Source of the DNA: Lachnospiraceae bacterium
GTDB lineage: Bacteria > Bacillota > Clostridia > Lachnospirales > Lachnospiraceae
Assembly (NCBI GenBank): GCA_017475845.1
Contig: JAFVEU010000075.1
Span: 1-36,361, forward strand
Reading direction: 5' to 3'
Length of the DNA stretch: 36,361 nt
The stretch's first letter is position 1. Each line of letters starts with the position of its first letter. Below, one piece after another: positions 27,235 to 36,361 of this stretch. Below the pieces are notes generated by a model, which worked only from the letters and a program-made list of their open reading frames with translations, had not been told where the DNA came from and made no database searches. The position numbers were made by a program, and so were the translations under genes.

Positions 27235-29769
27235 ATGGAAAACGATTTCTTTAAAGGCGACAACAGGATAAGGTCCTGGTTTGTGGGAAGGATGGAGGAT
27301 GCCTTTATAGCGGCAGATGACTCCCATGTCTTTTTGGATGCCAATGAACATGCCAAGATGCTCTTCCCCAAACTGAACGGACTGGAACCTGCAGACCTTC
27401 TTCCTGAAGACCTGTGGCCGCTTTTCAGCGATAAGGAAGACCGGATAAGGCTAAAGAACCGCTATTATGAGAAAAGACTGATAAAGGCAGGTGATATGCG
27501 GAGCATAACCTGTCTTATACTGACTGACAGGACAGAACAGGAAGCCGTGATCAAGGAACTGGAGAAGATCAGGGAAGATAAGGAAAACATCGGTATGACC
27601 AAATCCTTATTCCTGTCAAATGTCTCCCATGAGATCCGTACTCATATGAATGCCATCGTGGGAATGTCTGACCTTCTTCTCAAGGAAAACGTTTCACCAA
27701 AGGTCAGAGGCTATCTGGATAACATCAAGGTCTCGGTAGATAATCTCCTCTATATCATAAATGAATTGTTTGATATATCCAGGATCGAGGACGGAAGCCT
27801 GAAGATCGTGGAGGAGGCCTACGAGCCCATGTCGCTGTTTAACGATCTCTCCATGATGTTCATTCATAATATCGGCGATAAGCCGGTGGAGCTTCTCTAT
27901 ACCATCGATTCCGGCATGCCTTCCCGGCTTCATGGAGATGTAAAGAGGATAAGGCAGATAATCATTAATATCGTCAACAACGCCATTCAGTATACAGATT
28001 CCGGTTTTATTTCCGTTTCCGTGACCGTAGAGGAAAGGTATGATGATGACTGCACGCTGTCTTTTTCCATCAGTGACAGCGGCCGGGGCATTAAGGATGA
28101 GGATAAGGGGGCTTTGTTCTATCCTTTCCGCAGGCAGGACAGAGAAAATGAGGACGAAAAGGATGCTCCCGGTCTCGGGTTATCCGTCTGCAGGCAGCTT
28201 GTGAAGCTCATGGGAGGAGAGATAGGGGTTGAGAGCACCTTCGGTGCGGGAAGCAGGTTCTATTTCAGGATCTCCCAGGGAATAGTGGATGACAGGAACG
28301 CAGCTGTCATAAAGGAAAAGGATAAAAAGGTAAGGGTATGGAGTCTTGTTGAGAACAGCTGGCTCAAGGAAAGCCTTTATAAGCTCTGCGGGCAGTACTC
28401 CGTAGATGTTGAGGATTACAGGAGAGAGATGGCGGAGTACGTGGAAAAGGATAAGGAGCATATATTCCTTTTCACGGACAGCATCGGCCTGCTGGAACCC
28501 TATGAGGAGAAGAGCCTCAGCGATTCCGGTGTTCGGATATGTGTGTTAAGGAATCCGGTTTCCGGCGATCCGGTGGATGAAAAAGGGCGGATCCTTATAA
28601 ATAAACCTCTTTACAGTCTGAATTTCTGCCAGGTGTTAAATGGCGCAGCCTCTTACGTAAAGGGTGGTGAGGGAGAGCCGGATTTCACGGCTCCGGAAGC
28701 CAGGATACTCATAGTGGATGACAATGAGATGAATATCCGGGTGGCCCGTGAGCTGCTTTCACCCCTTAAAATGCATATAGATTCCGCGGAAAACGGGAAA
28801 GCCGGCGTGGAGTGTGTTCTGGGGAATAACTATGACCTCATCTTCATGGACCACATGATGCCTGTGATGGACGGAGTGAAGGCCCTGGAGCGGATCCGTG
28901 AGATAAATGACGGAAGATATGCTGAAATACCGGTGATCGCTCTTTCCGCCAATGCTACGGATGAGGCGGAGGAACTGTTCCGGGAGAAGGGCTTTTCGGA
29001 TTTTGTAGCAAAACCCATCCGGGTGAGGGAGCTTATCAAATGCGTTAAAAAATGGCTCCCGGAGAAAAAGATCGTTGAGAATGCAGCAGGAGAAGGCAGC
29101 GGTCGGGAGGATCTTTACCGGAAAAATGAGACAGAGGATACAGCCCGGGCTTTTGAGGACGGGATACCTGAGACCATAGAAGGTATTAATGTGGAGGACG
29201 GTATAAGCTACTGCGGTTCCCCTGCACTGTTCCTTAAGTGTCTGGTGATCTTTTATAAGATAATCGACAAGAAGACCAAGGTGATCACCAAATGCCTGGA
29301 GGATGACCTTGTAAGGGATCTTACCATAGAAGTCCATGCCTTAAAGAATTCGGCCCGGATGATCGGAGCCGGGAAGCTTTCCGAGGATTTCAGGGAACTG
29401 GAACGGATGGGAAATGAAGAGGACCTGGCGGGACTTAAGGAAAAGACCCCGGAGGTATTAAAGCTTTATCAGAGCTACAAGGCGGTCCTTAAGCCCTTCA
29501 GCGAAAAGGATAATAAAAACGCCAGTATTCCCGACAGGGAGAAGTTCATAAATGAACTGGAGCTCATAAAGAAAGCGATAGATGAATTTGATATGGACGG
29601 GGCGGATGAGGCCATGGGGAAGATAAGGGATTATCCGCTGCCGGGAGATCTTAACGATGGTATCATGGAGCTGGACGCGCTTGTTTCCGATTTTGCCATG
29701 GAAGATGTGGTGGCTCTGGCGGATGATCTTATTATACGGGCAAAGGCCATTGAAGACTGGAGCTTATAG
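27235..29769 (+). CDS. Soluble hybrid histidine kinase (PAS-like, HisKA, HATPase, degenerate REC, REC, HPt)
   Basis: 'SHEIRT', 'NIVNNAIQYT', 'DSGRGI', 'GLGLS', REC 'DLIFMDHMMP', HPt 'EVHALKNSARMIGA'. No TM helix. Confidence 0.92.
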   Translation: MENDFFKGDNRIRSWFVGRMEDAFIAADDSHVFLDANEHAKMLFPKLNGLEPADLLPEDLWPLFSDKEDRIRLKNRYYEKRLIKAGDMRSITCLILTDRTEQEAVIKELEKIREDKENIGMTKSLFLSNVSHEIRTHMNAIVGMSDLLLKENVSPKVRGYLDNIKVSVDNLLYIINELFDISRIEDGSLKIVEEAYEPMSLFNDLSMMFIHNIGDKPVELLYTIDSGMPSRLHGDVKRIRQIIINIVNNAIQYTDSGFISVSVTVEERYDDDCTLSFSISDSGRGIKDEDKGALFYPFRRQDRENEDEKDAPGLGLSVCRQLVKLMGGEIGVESTFGAGSRFYFRISQGIVDDRNAAVIKEKDKKVRVWSLVENSWLKESLYKLCGQYSVDVEDYRREMAEYVEKDKEHIFLFTDSIGLLEPYEEKSLSDSGVRICVLRNPVSGDPVDEKGRILINKPLYSLNFCQVLNGAASYVKGGEGEPDFTAPEARILIVDDNEMNIRVARELLSPLKMHIDSAENGKAGVECVLGNNYDLIFMDHMMPVMDGVKALERIREINDGRYAEIPVIALSANATDEAEELFREKGFSDFVAKPIRVRELIKCVKKWLPEKKIVENAAGEGSGREDLYRKNETEDTARAFEDGIPETIEGINVEDGISYCGSPALFLKCLVIFYKIIDKKTKVITKCLEDDLVRDLTIEVHALKNSARMIGAGKLSEDFRELERMGNEEDLAGLKEKTPEVLKLYQSYKAVLKPFSEKDNKNASIPDREKFINELELIKKAIDEFDMDGADEAMGKIRDYPLPGDLNDGIMELDALVSDFAMEDVVALADDLIIRAKAIEDWSL

Positions 29770-29823
29770 TAAATGATAAAGGGATTGCAAAACAATTCGC
29801 AGGTTTGACGGGAGTTGGTCTGT

Positions 29824-30606
29824 ATGTTTGAAAAGAATGCATTGATCATAAGAAATATCGAAGGCTTTCTTACAGGTTCCCTGGAGAGAAGTCTTTCGGA
29901 AAAAAAGATAACTGTCAAAAAGATAGGGCCGGATGTGGATGAAATAAGGCGTTACGGCGAGAATGCGGATGCCATCATCCTCTACGTGGGCCACGGCATA
30001 CATGAAAAGACGGAAGCCATGGTCTATTTAAAGGACCTGGGAATAGAGCAGGGTATGCCGATCTTCCTTATCGACGGAGATGAGGGGCTTGCGGAGATAA
30101 AGCAGCTTATCCCCGAGGCTGCGATCACACAGACCTTTACCCATCCCGTGGATATCAAGGAAGCCACGGCCATGATCAACAACTGCATCCTTCAGAACGA
30201 CAATACCAACAGAAGGAAGATACTGGTGGTGGATGATTCCGGGCCCATGCTGAGAAACCTGAGGGAGTGGCTTGGGGGAAAGTACAAGGTCATCCCTGCC
30301 AATTCCGGAGCCATGGCCATGAAATACATAAGCAGGGAACTGCCGGATCTTATCCTTTTGGATTATGAGATGCCTGTGGTAAACGGGAAGCAGGTACTTG
30401 AAATGATAAGAACGGAGGTGGATTTCCAGTCCATCCCGGTGATATTCCTTACCAGCAGGAATGATAAGGAAAGCGTGGCGTCGGTAATGGCTCTCCGGCC
30501 ACAGGGATATCTCTTAAAGACCCTGCCGCCGGAGGAGATAATAAACAGTATAGACGACTTCTTCGTGAAGCTTGAAAATGAGGAAAAGCAGAAGAAGCTC
30601 TGGTGA
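29824..30606 (+). CDS. Response regulator: pseudo-receiver plus receiver, no output domain
   Basis: C-terminal REC 'ILVVDD...PDLILLDYEMP...IFLTS...YLLK'; N-terminal REC-like fold without the phospho-Asp. Confidence 0.88.
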   Translation: MFEKNALIIRNIEGFLTGSLERSLSEKKITVKKIGPDVDEIRRYGENADAIILYVGHGIHEKTEAMVYLKDLGIEQGMPIFLIDGDEGLAEIKQLIPEAAITQTFTHPVDIKEATAMINNCILQNDNTNRRKILVVDDSGPMLRNLREWLGGKYKVIPANSGAMAMKYISRELPDLILLDYEMPVVNGKQVLEMIRTEVDFQSIPVIFLTSRNDKESVASVMALRPQGYLLKTLPPEEIINSIDDFFVKLENEEKQKKLW

Positions 30607-30608
30607 GC

Positions 30609-31322
30609 TTAAGCTTCGCTGCTCTCAAATTTGTATCCTATTCCCCAGACGGTGGAGATCCTCCAGGATTCATGGTCCTTAAGCTTTTCCCGGAGGCGCT
30701 TTATGTGTACGTCCACTGTTCTGGTGTCCCCGATATATTCATATCCCCAGATGTGATCCAAAAGCTGCTCCCTGGTAAAGACCTGATTAGGAGACGAAGC
30801 CAGGAAATAAAGGAGCTCCAGCTCCTTTGGAGGCATATCCAACGTTTTCCCGCAGTATAAAACGGAATAATTGGTGAGGTTGATGACGAGATCCGTGTAC
30901 TCCACCTTTTTTATATCCGATCCCGGCTTTTCCTGAGGTTTGGCGGCAGATTGGGAAGTCCTGCGCAGCACGGCCTTTGCCCTGGCGATAAGTTCCTTTG
31001 AATCAAAGGGCTTCTCCATATAGTCGTCGGCACCGAGTTCAAGTCCCAGCACCTTATCAAAGACCTCACCCTTGGCGGAGATCATTATTATGGGTACCTG
31101 TGATCTTGTACGTATCTCCCTGCATACCTGATATCCGTCTATGCCGGGGAGCATAAGGTCTAAAAGGATAAGATCCGGTTCGTAGGTGGAGAATTCCCTT
31201 AAAGCGTTCTCTCCGTCATTTACGATCCTGGTATCAAAGCATTCCTTTGTAAAATAAAGAGAGATAAGCTCTGCGATATTATTGTCGTCATCTACGATAA
31301 GAACCTTTTGTTTGTCAACCAT
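30609..31322 (-). CDS. OmpR/PhoB-family response regulator
   Basis: 'VLIVDDD', 'DLILLDLMLPG', 'GADDY', winged helix 'RTVDVHIKRLREKL', 'TVWGIGYKF'. Confidence 0.95.
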   Translation of the reverse strand: MVDKQKVLIVDDDNNIAELISLYFTKECFDTRIVNDGENALREFSTYEPDLILLDLMLPGIDGYQVCREIRTRSQVPIIMISAKGEVFDKVLGLELGADDYMEKPFDSKELIARAKAVLRRTSQSAAKPQEKPGSDIKKVEYTDLVINLTNYSVLYCGKTLDMPPKELELLYFLASSPNQVFTREQLLDHIWGYEYIGDTRTVDVHIKRLREKLKDHESWRISTVWGIGYKFESSEA

Positions 31323-31326
31323 TTTT

Positions 31327-33723
31327 TCACTCCTTAAAGTATACTACGGTCACACCTGAATCTCCTTCACCGAATTCTCCCAGGCGGAAGCTTTTCACGT
31401 ATTTAAGCTTCTTAAGATAGGAATGGACCATATCCCGGAGGATACCGGAACCCTTGCCGTGGACGATACGTACCTGGGAAAGATGGGAAACATAGGCATC
31501 ATCCAGGTAGGATGAAAGCTCTTCTCTGGCATCATCACTGTTTTTCCCGATGAGATTCAGCTCGGTACGGATGGTTTTTGTATGGGAGATGCCGTCATCA
31601 CTGCGGCGTATGCTCCCGTGTCCGTAACCCTCCCGTCCTCTGTTTTCCACATTCAGGTCGGAAATGTTCACATCGTACTTTATGATACCACATTTAACCG
31701 AAAGATTCCCCTTCTTATCGGGGAGAGTCTGTACAACACCCTTAAGGTTCAGGGATATTATACGGACATCCATTCCGATCTTTATCTGTTTCGGGCTCAG
31801 GCTCCCGTTGGGACGGTCTTTTTCCGGAACGGAGCTTAATGAGGGAAGAGGGGCTTCGGAGACAAGGGTATTATTCAGGGATTCTCTTATCATGGTCCTG
31901 TCTCTTTCAGCGGCCTTCAGGGTATCGGCATCCGCATATTTCTGCATATTACGGATGGCGGCATCAGCCTTTTCCTTGGCATCCTTCAGTATGGATCTTG
32001 CTTCCTCCCTGGCTGCGGCAAGGATCTTTTCCTTTGATTCGGAGAGCTTCTGTCTGCCGGAATCAAGTTCCTGCTGGAGCTTGTCGATCTCCGTCTTTGT
32101 TTCGCTTATCTCCCGCTGTTTCCTTTCAAGGGTCAGACGGTTTTCTTCAAGATCCGAAAGGACCTTGTTAAATCTTTCATCCTCCTCACTCATCCTTTTC
32201 TTCGCTTCTTCGATGATATTATCCGGAAGGTTTAAGCGTTTCGAAATGGCGAAAGCATTGCTTCTCCCCGGTACGCCGGTCAGGATCTTATAAGTGGGGC
32301 GGAGGGACTCCACGTCAAATTCCAGACAGGCATTTTCCACCCAGGAGGTGGAAAGGGCATATTCCTTTAATTCCGGATAATGGGTGGTGGCCATGGTGCG
32401 GATGCTCTTTTTATGAAGGTGATCCAGTATGGACATGGCCAGAGCCGCTCCCTCGGCGGGGTCGGTACCTGCACAGAGCTCGTCAAAGAGACAGAGGCAG
32501 GTGATATTGGCATTTTTAAGGATGGTCACGATATTTGTCATATGGGACGAGAAGGTGGAGAGAGACTGCTCTATGGACTGCTCGTCTCCTATATCCGCAT
32601 ATATCTCCTTGAAAAAGGAGAGCTCGCTTCTGTCGCCGGCAGGTATATGCAGTCCCGAAAGCCCCATAAGCTCAAGCAATCCCACGGTTTTAAGAGAGAC
32701 TGTTTTACCGCCGGTGTTCGGACCCGTGACCACAAGAAGGTCATAGTCCTGTCCAAGCTCCAGATCAATGGGCACCACAGTCTTTTTATCGATAAGGGGA
32801 TGCCGGGCAGAGCGCAGCTTTATTATCTCTCCTGTGTTGAAAACAGGGCGGAGAGCCTCCATATCCAGAGCCATGTCCGCCCTGGCGAAGATGAAATCCA
32901 GCTCGGTCATGATGGCATAGTCGGCGTAGATCACCTCGGAGTTATCCCCGGCCATGACGGAAAGACCCTTAAGGATAGACTGGATCTCGTCTCTTTCCTT
33001 AAGCTCCAGCTCCCTTACGGTATTATTCATATCCACCACTGACTGGGGTTCTATGAAAAGGGTGGAACCGGTTCCGGACTGGTCGTGGACTATACCGGGA
33101 ACCTGGGATTTATACTCACTCCTGACGGGGATACAGTATCTCCTGTCCCTTGTTACGATGACCCTGTCCATAAGGTATTCGGACAGTTTTCCGCTTATCA
33201 TGGAATTCAGGGCAGAGTGGATCCTCGACTGTGTATCCCTTATCTTCCGTCTGATGGATTTTAATTCCGAGCTGGCATCATCAGCTATGGTATCGGAATC
33301 CAGAATACAGCGACGGATCTCCTTCTGTAGATGGGAGACCTCTTCAAGACAGAAAAAGCGGTCGTCAAGGGAATCCGCTTCGTGGTTTTCATCGGCAGAG
33401 GGCACCCCGTATTTCCTTACTTCCCTCACAGCCTCCAGAAAAGAAGCAAGATCCAGAAGCTCGGAGCAGGTCATTGTTCCGTCGGCTTCCGCGTGGCGGA
33501 CCGAAAGACTGATGTCATGGACCCCGGAAAAGGATATACTGCCGTTTTTTATAAGACGGTTCAGGGCATCGGAGGTTTCGGTCTGGGCCAGCTCAACCTC
33601 CGCAGGACTTCCTAAGGGGAGCAGATCCAGGCAGAGCGCCTTTCCTCTTTCGGAAGAGGCATAGGTTGAAAGCTTATCCCTTATCTTATCGAATTCAAGT
33701 GTGTGTAATGCCCTGTCATTCAT
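31327..33723 (-). CDS. mutS2: MutS2 endonuclease / ribosome-rescue ATPase
   Basis: 'TGPNTGGKT', 'DIGDEQSIEQSLSTFS', 'DELCAGTDP', 'TTHY', coiled coil, KOW, Smr 'IVHGKGSG...GDSGVT'. Confidence 0.97.
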   Translation of the reverse strand: MNDRALHTLEFDKIRDKLSTYASSERGKALCLDLLPLGSPAEVELAQTETSDALNRLIKNGSISFSGVHDISLSVRHAEADGTMTCSELLDLASFLEAVREVRKYGVPSADENHEADSLDDRFFCLEEVSHLQKEIRRCILDSDTIADDASSELKSIRRKIRDTQSRIHSALNSMISGKLSEYLMDRVIVTRDRRYCIPVRSEYKSQVPGIVHDQSGTGSTLFIEPQSVVDMNNTVRELELKERDEIQSILKGLSVMAGDNSEVIYADYAIMTELDFIFARADMALDMEALRPVFNTGEIIKLRSARHPLIDKKTVVPIDLELGQDYDLLVVTGPNTGGKTVSLKTVGLLELMGLSGLHIPAGDRSELSFFKEIYADIGDEQSIEQSLSTFSSHMTNIVTILKNANITCLCLFDELCAGTDPAEGAALAMSILDHLHKKSIRTMATTHYPELKEYALSTSWVENACLEFDVESLRPTYKILTGVPGRSNAFAISKRLNLPDNIIEEAKKRMSEEDERFNKVLSDLEENRLTLERKQREISETKTEIDKLQQELDSGRQKLSESKEKILAAAREEARSILKDAKEKADAAIRNMQKYADADTLKAAERDRTMIRESLNNTLVSEAPLPSLSSVPEKDRPNGSLSPKQIKIGMDVRIISLNLKGVVQTLPDKKGNLSVKCGIIKYDVNISDLNVENRGREGYGHGSIRRSDDGISHTKTIRTELNLIGKNSDDAREELSSYLDDAYVSHLSQVRIVHGKGSGILRDMVHSYLKKLKYVKSFRLGEFGEGDSGVTVVYFKE

Positions 33724-33730
33724 AGAGGAT

Positions 33731-33759
33731 ATTGTACCACATAAGTGGGTTCACGGTAA
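33731..33759 (-). promoter_or_regulatory. Putative sigma-A promoter of mutS2 (leaderless transcript)
   Basis: Minus strand TTACCG-17 bp-TACAAT with extended TG; the -10 ends 7 nt before the ATG. Confidence 0.6.
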
Positions 33760-33773
33760 GGCTTATATGTAAG

Positions 33774-33802
33774 TAGACACAGACGGGGCTTTTTGGTAAA
33801 AT
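33774..33802 (+). promoter_or_regulatory. Putative sigma-A promoter of the HtrA-like gene, divergent from mutS2
   Basis: TAGACA-17 bp-TAAAAT with extended TG. Confidence 0.65.
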
Positions 33803-33900
33803 GACCTGAGGGTGTCTGACCGGGCGCGGCAAATGTCTGTTTTGCCGGTATTTCAGAACAGGATATGGGCGTTCCGGTCATCATGTATTTCGGGTTATAT

Positions 33901-35328
33901 ATGGACGGAAATAATTCTTCTGAATATCAGTTTATTAAAGAGACTATAAAAGAAAGACCGGTCAATAAGAAGAAGATCCTTATGCGGATCATCATGGTGG
34001 TGATCAGCGCTCTTATTTTCGGAGCTGTTTCTGCTGCTGTTTTCCTGATGACAGTCAGGCATTATATGCCTCAAAACGGGAACAGTGCGGAAACTCATGT
34101 AAATATCCCAAGAGATGATGATATCGAACCGGTGAGTGCGGATGAGGCTGAAACTGAGGCAGGCACGGTTGAGAGTTCCACGGAGGCCGCAGATGAGGTG
34201 ACTGAAGCTTCCACGGAGGCAGCTGCTGCCGTGTCCGATAACGACAGCGGGAATGATCCCTCAGCGGATGATGCAGACGGTACGGAAGAGGGAAACAGGG
34301 AAAAGGTGACTGTTTCCTATGTCACGGAGCATGTATCCCTGTCGGTGGAGGATTATAAGAGCCTGTACAGGACCCTTAGAAATGTGGCTCAGGAGGCCGG
34401 AAGGTCTATCGTCACCGTTAATGCCGTTACCAGTGACACGGACTGGTTTGAAAATCCCTATGAAAATACCCACAGCCTGTCGGGGCTGGTGGTGGCGAAT
34501 AACGGAAAGGATCTGCTCATCCTTTCCGAGATGCCGGAGATCGGGGAGGACACGGAATATAATGTCACCTTCCCTGATCATGTGACGCTCCCGGGAGAGG
34601 TGAAATCCGTGGACAGCGATACCGGTCTGGCAGTTATCTCGGTCCTCCTGGAATCCATTCCGGAAGGAACCAGGGCAGCCATCAGTGAGGCTCAGCTTGG
34701 CAATTCCAGAGGCACAAATGTGGTCGGGATTCCGGTAATGGCTCTTGGAAGTCCTTTGGGAGTACAGGGGAGCCAGTGCTTTGGAAGGACCACCTCCAAT
34801 CAGCGGGAGATTTCCATGCCTGACAGGAACGTTCATGTTCTCAGCACCGATATTTACGGCAGTAAGAATGCCACCGGAGTGATCATAGACTACGATGGAA
34901 AGGTGCTGGGCATCATAGCCCAGAGCACAGCCATGGAGGAAGCACCGAATCTGCTTTCCTCCTATGCTATCTCAGATTTAAAGGATCTGATCGAGAAGCT
35001 TTCCAACGGATCTTCCGAGACCTATCTCGGTATATACGGTACGGATGTTACGGATGCGGTAAATGAGAAGCAGGGAGTGCCCTTCGGCTTCTATGTCACG
35101 AAGATCGAACTGGATTCGCCGGCAATGACAGCAGGGATACAGAGCGGGGACGTGATCACCAGGCTTGGGACCGCGGATATAGAGAATACCCGGGACTATA
35201 TGGAGCAGATGCTCAAGTATCAGCCGGGAGATGAAGCAGTCATAACCGTGGAAAGGTATTCCCAGGGAGAATACCAGGAAATGACTTTTGAAGTGGACTT
35301 TGATGATGCTGCGGACCACGCGGGCTGA
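33901..35328 (+). CDS. HtrA/S1C-like membrane-anchored trypsin-fold + PDZ protein, catalytic triad degenerate
   Basis: N-terminal TM, acidic linker, 'SGLVV', 'LGNS...VMALGSPLG', 'GKVLGI', PDZ 'YLGI...SPAMTAGIQSGDVI'. Confidence 0.88.
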   Translation: MDGNNSSEYQFIKETIKERPVNKKKILMRIIMVVISALIFGAVSAAVFLMTVRHYMPQNGNSAETHVNIPRDDDIEPVSADEAETEAGTVESSTEAADEVTEASTEAAAAVSDNDSGNDPSADDADGTEEGNREKVTVSYVTEHVSLSVEDYKSLYRTLRNVAQEAGRSIVTVNAVTSDTDWFENPYENTHSLSGLVVANNGKDLLILSEMPEIGEDTEYNVTFPDHVTLPGEVKSVDSDTGLAVISVLLESIPEGTRAAISEAQLGNSRGTNVVGIPVMALGSPLGVQGSQCFGRTTSNQREISMPDRNVHVLSTDIYGSKNATGVIIDYDGKVLGIIAQSTAMEEAPNLLSSYAISDLKDLIEKLSNGSSETYLGIYGTDVTDAVNEKQGVPFGFYVTKIELDSPAMTAGIQSGDVITRLGTADIENTRDYMEQMLKYQPGDEAVITVERYSQGEYQEMTFEVDFDDAADHAG

Positions 35329-35354
35329 CCGCAGCCGGAAGATTGGAGCAGGAA

Positions 35355-36308
35355 ATGAGATATATTGCGGATCTGAATGAGGGCGACAACATTTCGGATG
35401 TGTACCTCTGTAAGTATAAGGTTCAGGCTGAGACCAGAAACGGCAAGCCCTATTTTAACGTGATACTGCAGGACCGGACAGGAACGCTGGATGCGAAGGT
35501 CTGGGAGCCGAATTCCGACGGAATCGCGGATTTTGATGCTCTGGATTACATATATGTTTTCGGTGATGTGACCAGATATCAGGGGGCTCTGCAGGCATCC
35601 CTCCGGAGGATAAAGGTGGCCCGTGACGGGGAGTACATCCCTTCGGATTATCTGCCCGTAAGTCCTTATAATAACGACAATATGTATACGGATCTGAAGG
35701 CGGTCATCGAGACCGTGAAGAATCCGCATCTGAATCTGCTCTTAAAGAGCTTCTTTGTTGAGGATGAGGGTTTTATAAGCGCATTCAGGATGAGGTCTGC
35801 GGCAAAGACCATCCATCACAGCTTTGTCGGGGGACTGATGCAGCATACCCTGGCCGTAACCAGGCTCTGTAAGTATTATACAAAGGCTTATCCGGTATTA
35901 AACCATGATCTTCTCATCACTGCATCCCTTCTCCATGACATAGGAAAGGTAAGAGAGATATCCGGTTTTCCTCAGAATGATTATACGGATGACGGACAGC
36001 TTCTCGGGCATATAGTTATGGGTTCGGAAATGATCGCCGCAAAGGCCCGGGAGATCCCGGATTTTCCGCCGAAGCTGTTAAGGGAGCTTCAGCATTGCAT
36101 TCTTGCTCATCACGGTGAATACGAATTCGGTTCGCCGAAAAAACCGGCACTTATGGAGGCACTGGCATTAAACATGGCAGATAACACCGATGCCAAAATG
36201 GAGACCATGAGTGAGATCATGTCGGAATTGGGTGTGGAGAGAAAAGACCAGTGGCTGGGCTACAATAAGCTGTTTGAATCCAACATCCGCAAAGCCGGAG
36301 ACTGGTAA
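35355..36308 (+). CDS. yhaM: 3'-5' exoribonuclease YhaM (OB fold + HD domain)
   Basis: 'GKPYF...QDRTGTLDAKVW', 'AAKTIHH...GGLMQH', 'LLHDIGK', 'LLGHI', 'HCILAHHG', 'ADNTDAK'. Confidence 0.93.
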   Translation: MRYIADLNEGDNISDVYLCKYKVQAETRNGKPYFNVILQDRTGTLDAKVWEPNSDGIADFDALDYIYVFGDVTRYQGALQASLRRIKVARDGEYIPSDYLPVSPYNNDNMYTDLKAVIETVKNPHLNLLLKSFFVEDEGFISAFRMRSAAKTIHHSFVGGLMQHTLAVTRLCKYYTKAYPVLNHDLLITASLLHDIGKVREISGFPQNDYTDDGQLLGHIVMGSEMIAAKAREIPDFPPKLLRELQHCILAHHGEYEFGSPKKPALMEALALNMADNTDAKMETMSEIMSELGVERKDQWLGYNKLFESNIRKAGDW

Positions 36309-36329
36309 AACGTCCGGGGGACGTTTTAC
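36305..36329 (+). terminator. Hairpin at the yhaM stop (terminator or REP-like palindrome)
   Basis: Perfect 11-bp stem GTAAAACGTCC/GGACGTTTTAC with a 3-nt loop. Confidence 0.55.
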
Positions 36330-36361
36330 GGGCACGTATACGAGCGCCGAGCGCGAGTGTG

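Noticed and set aside
941-31800. Frequent CTTAAG palindromes as a dispersed signal
   Set aside because: Most fall in coding frames as CTT-AAG (Leu-Lys) or TTA-AGx codons and are explained by codon usage. Not counted formally.

Overview
Chromosomal, mostly core-genome segment from a Clostridia-type Firmicute. Gene content and order look Lachnospiraceae-like (inference). Almost all genes are on the + strand. In order: a ~53-bp hairpin tandem-repeat array running off the left edge; a MotA-like membrane protein plus a stand-alone LuxR HTH; a PfkB-fold protein lacking its catalytic Asp; a 437-aa orphan; a TMEM198-like membrane protein; a CelC-like GH5; a CPA2 antiporter; a heterodimeric ABC exporter; a tightly coupled six-gene cell-wall operon (large modular amidase, lipoprotein, GHL10/DigH-like hydrolase, Maf with a foreign N-terminal domain, MBOAT and SGNH O-acyltransferase pair) behind a long structured leader; lepB; a class I aminotransferase; hisC; glutamine synthetase III; an SH3-amidase; NrdR-boxed nrdD without nrdG; a hybrid kinase plus receiver protein; an OmpR regulator and mutS2 on the - strand; an HtrA-like protein with a lost catalytic triad; and yhaM. 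I saw no tRNA, rRNA, CRISPR, transposase or integrase. The most promising leads are the cell-wall operon with its candidate cis-regulatory RNA (whose outer stem recurs in the antiporter leader), the structured repeat array with a solo fragment 2.3 kb away, and the pseudo-kinase/orphan pair. All family assignments come from motif recognition by eye; no searches were run.
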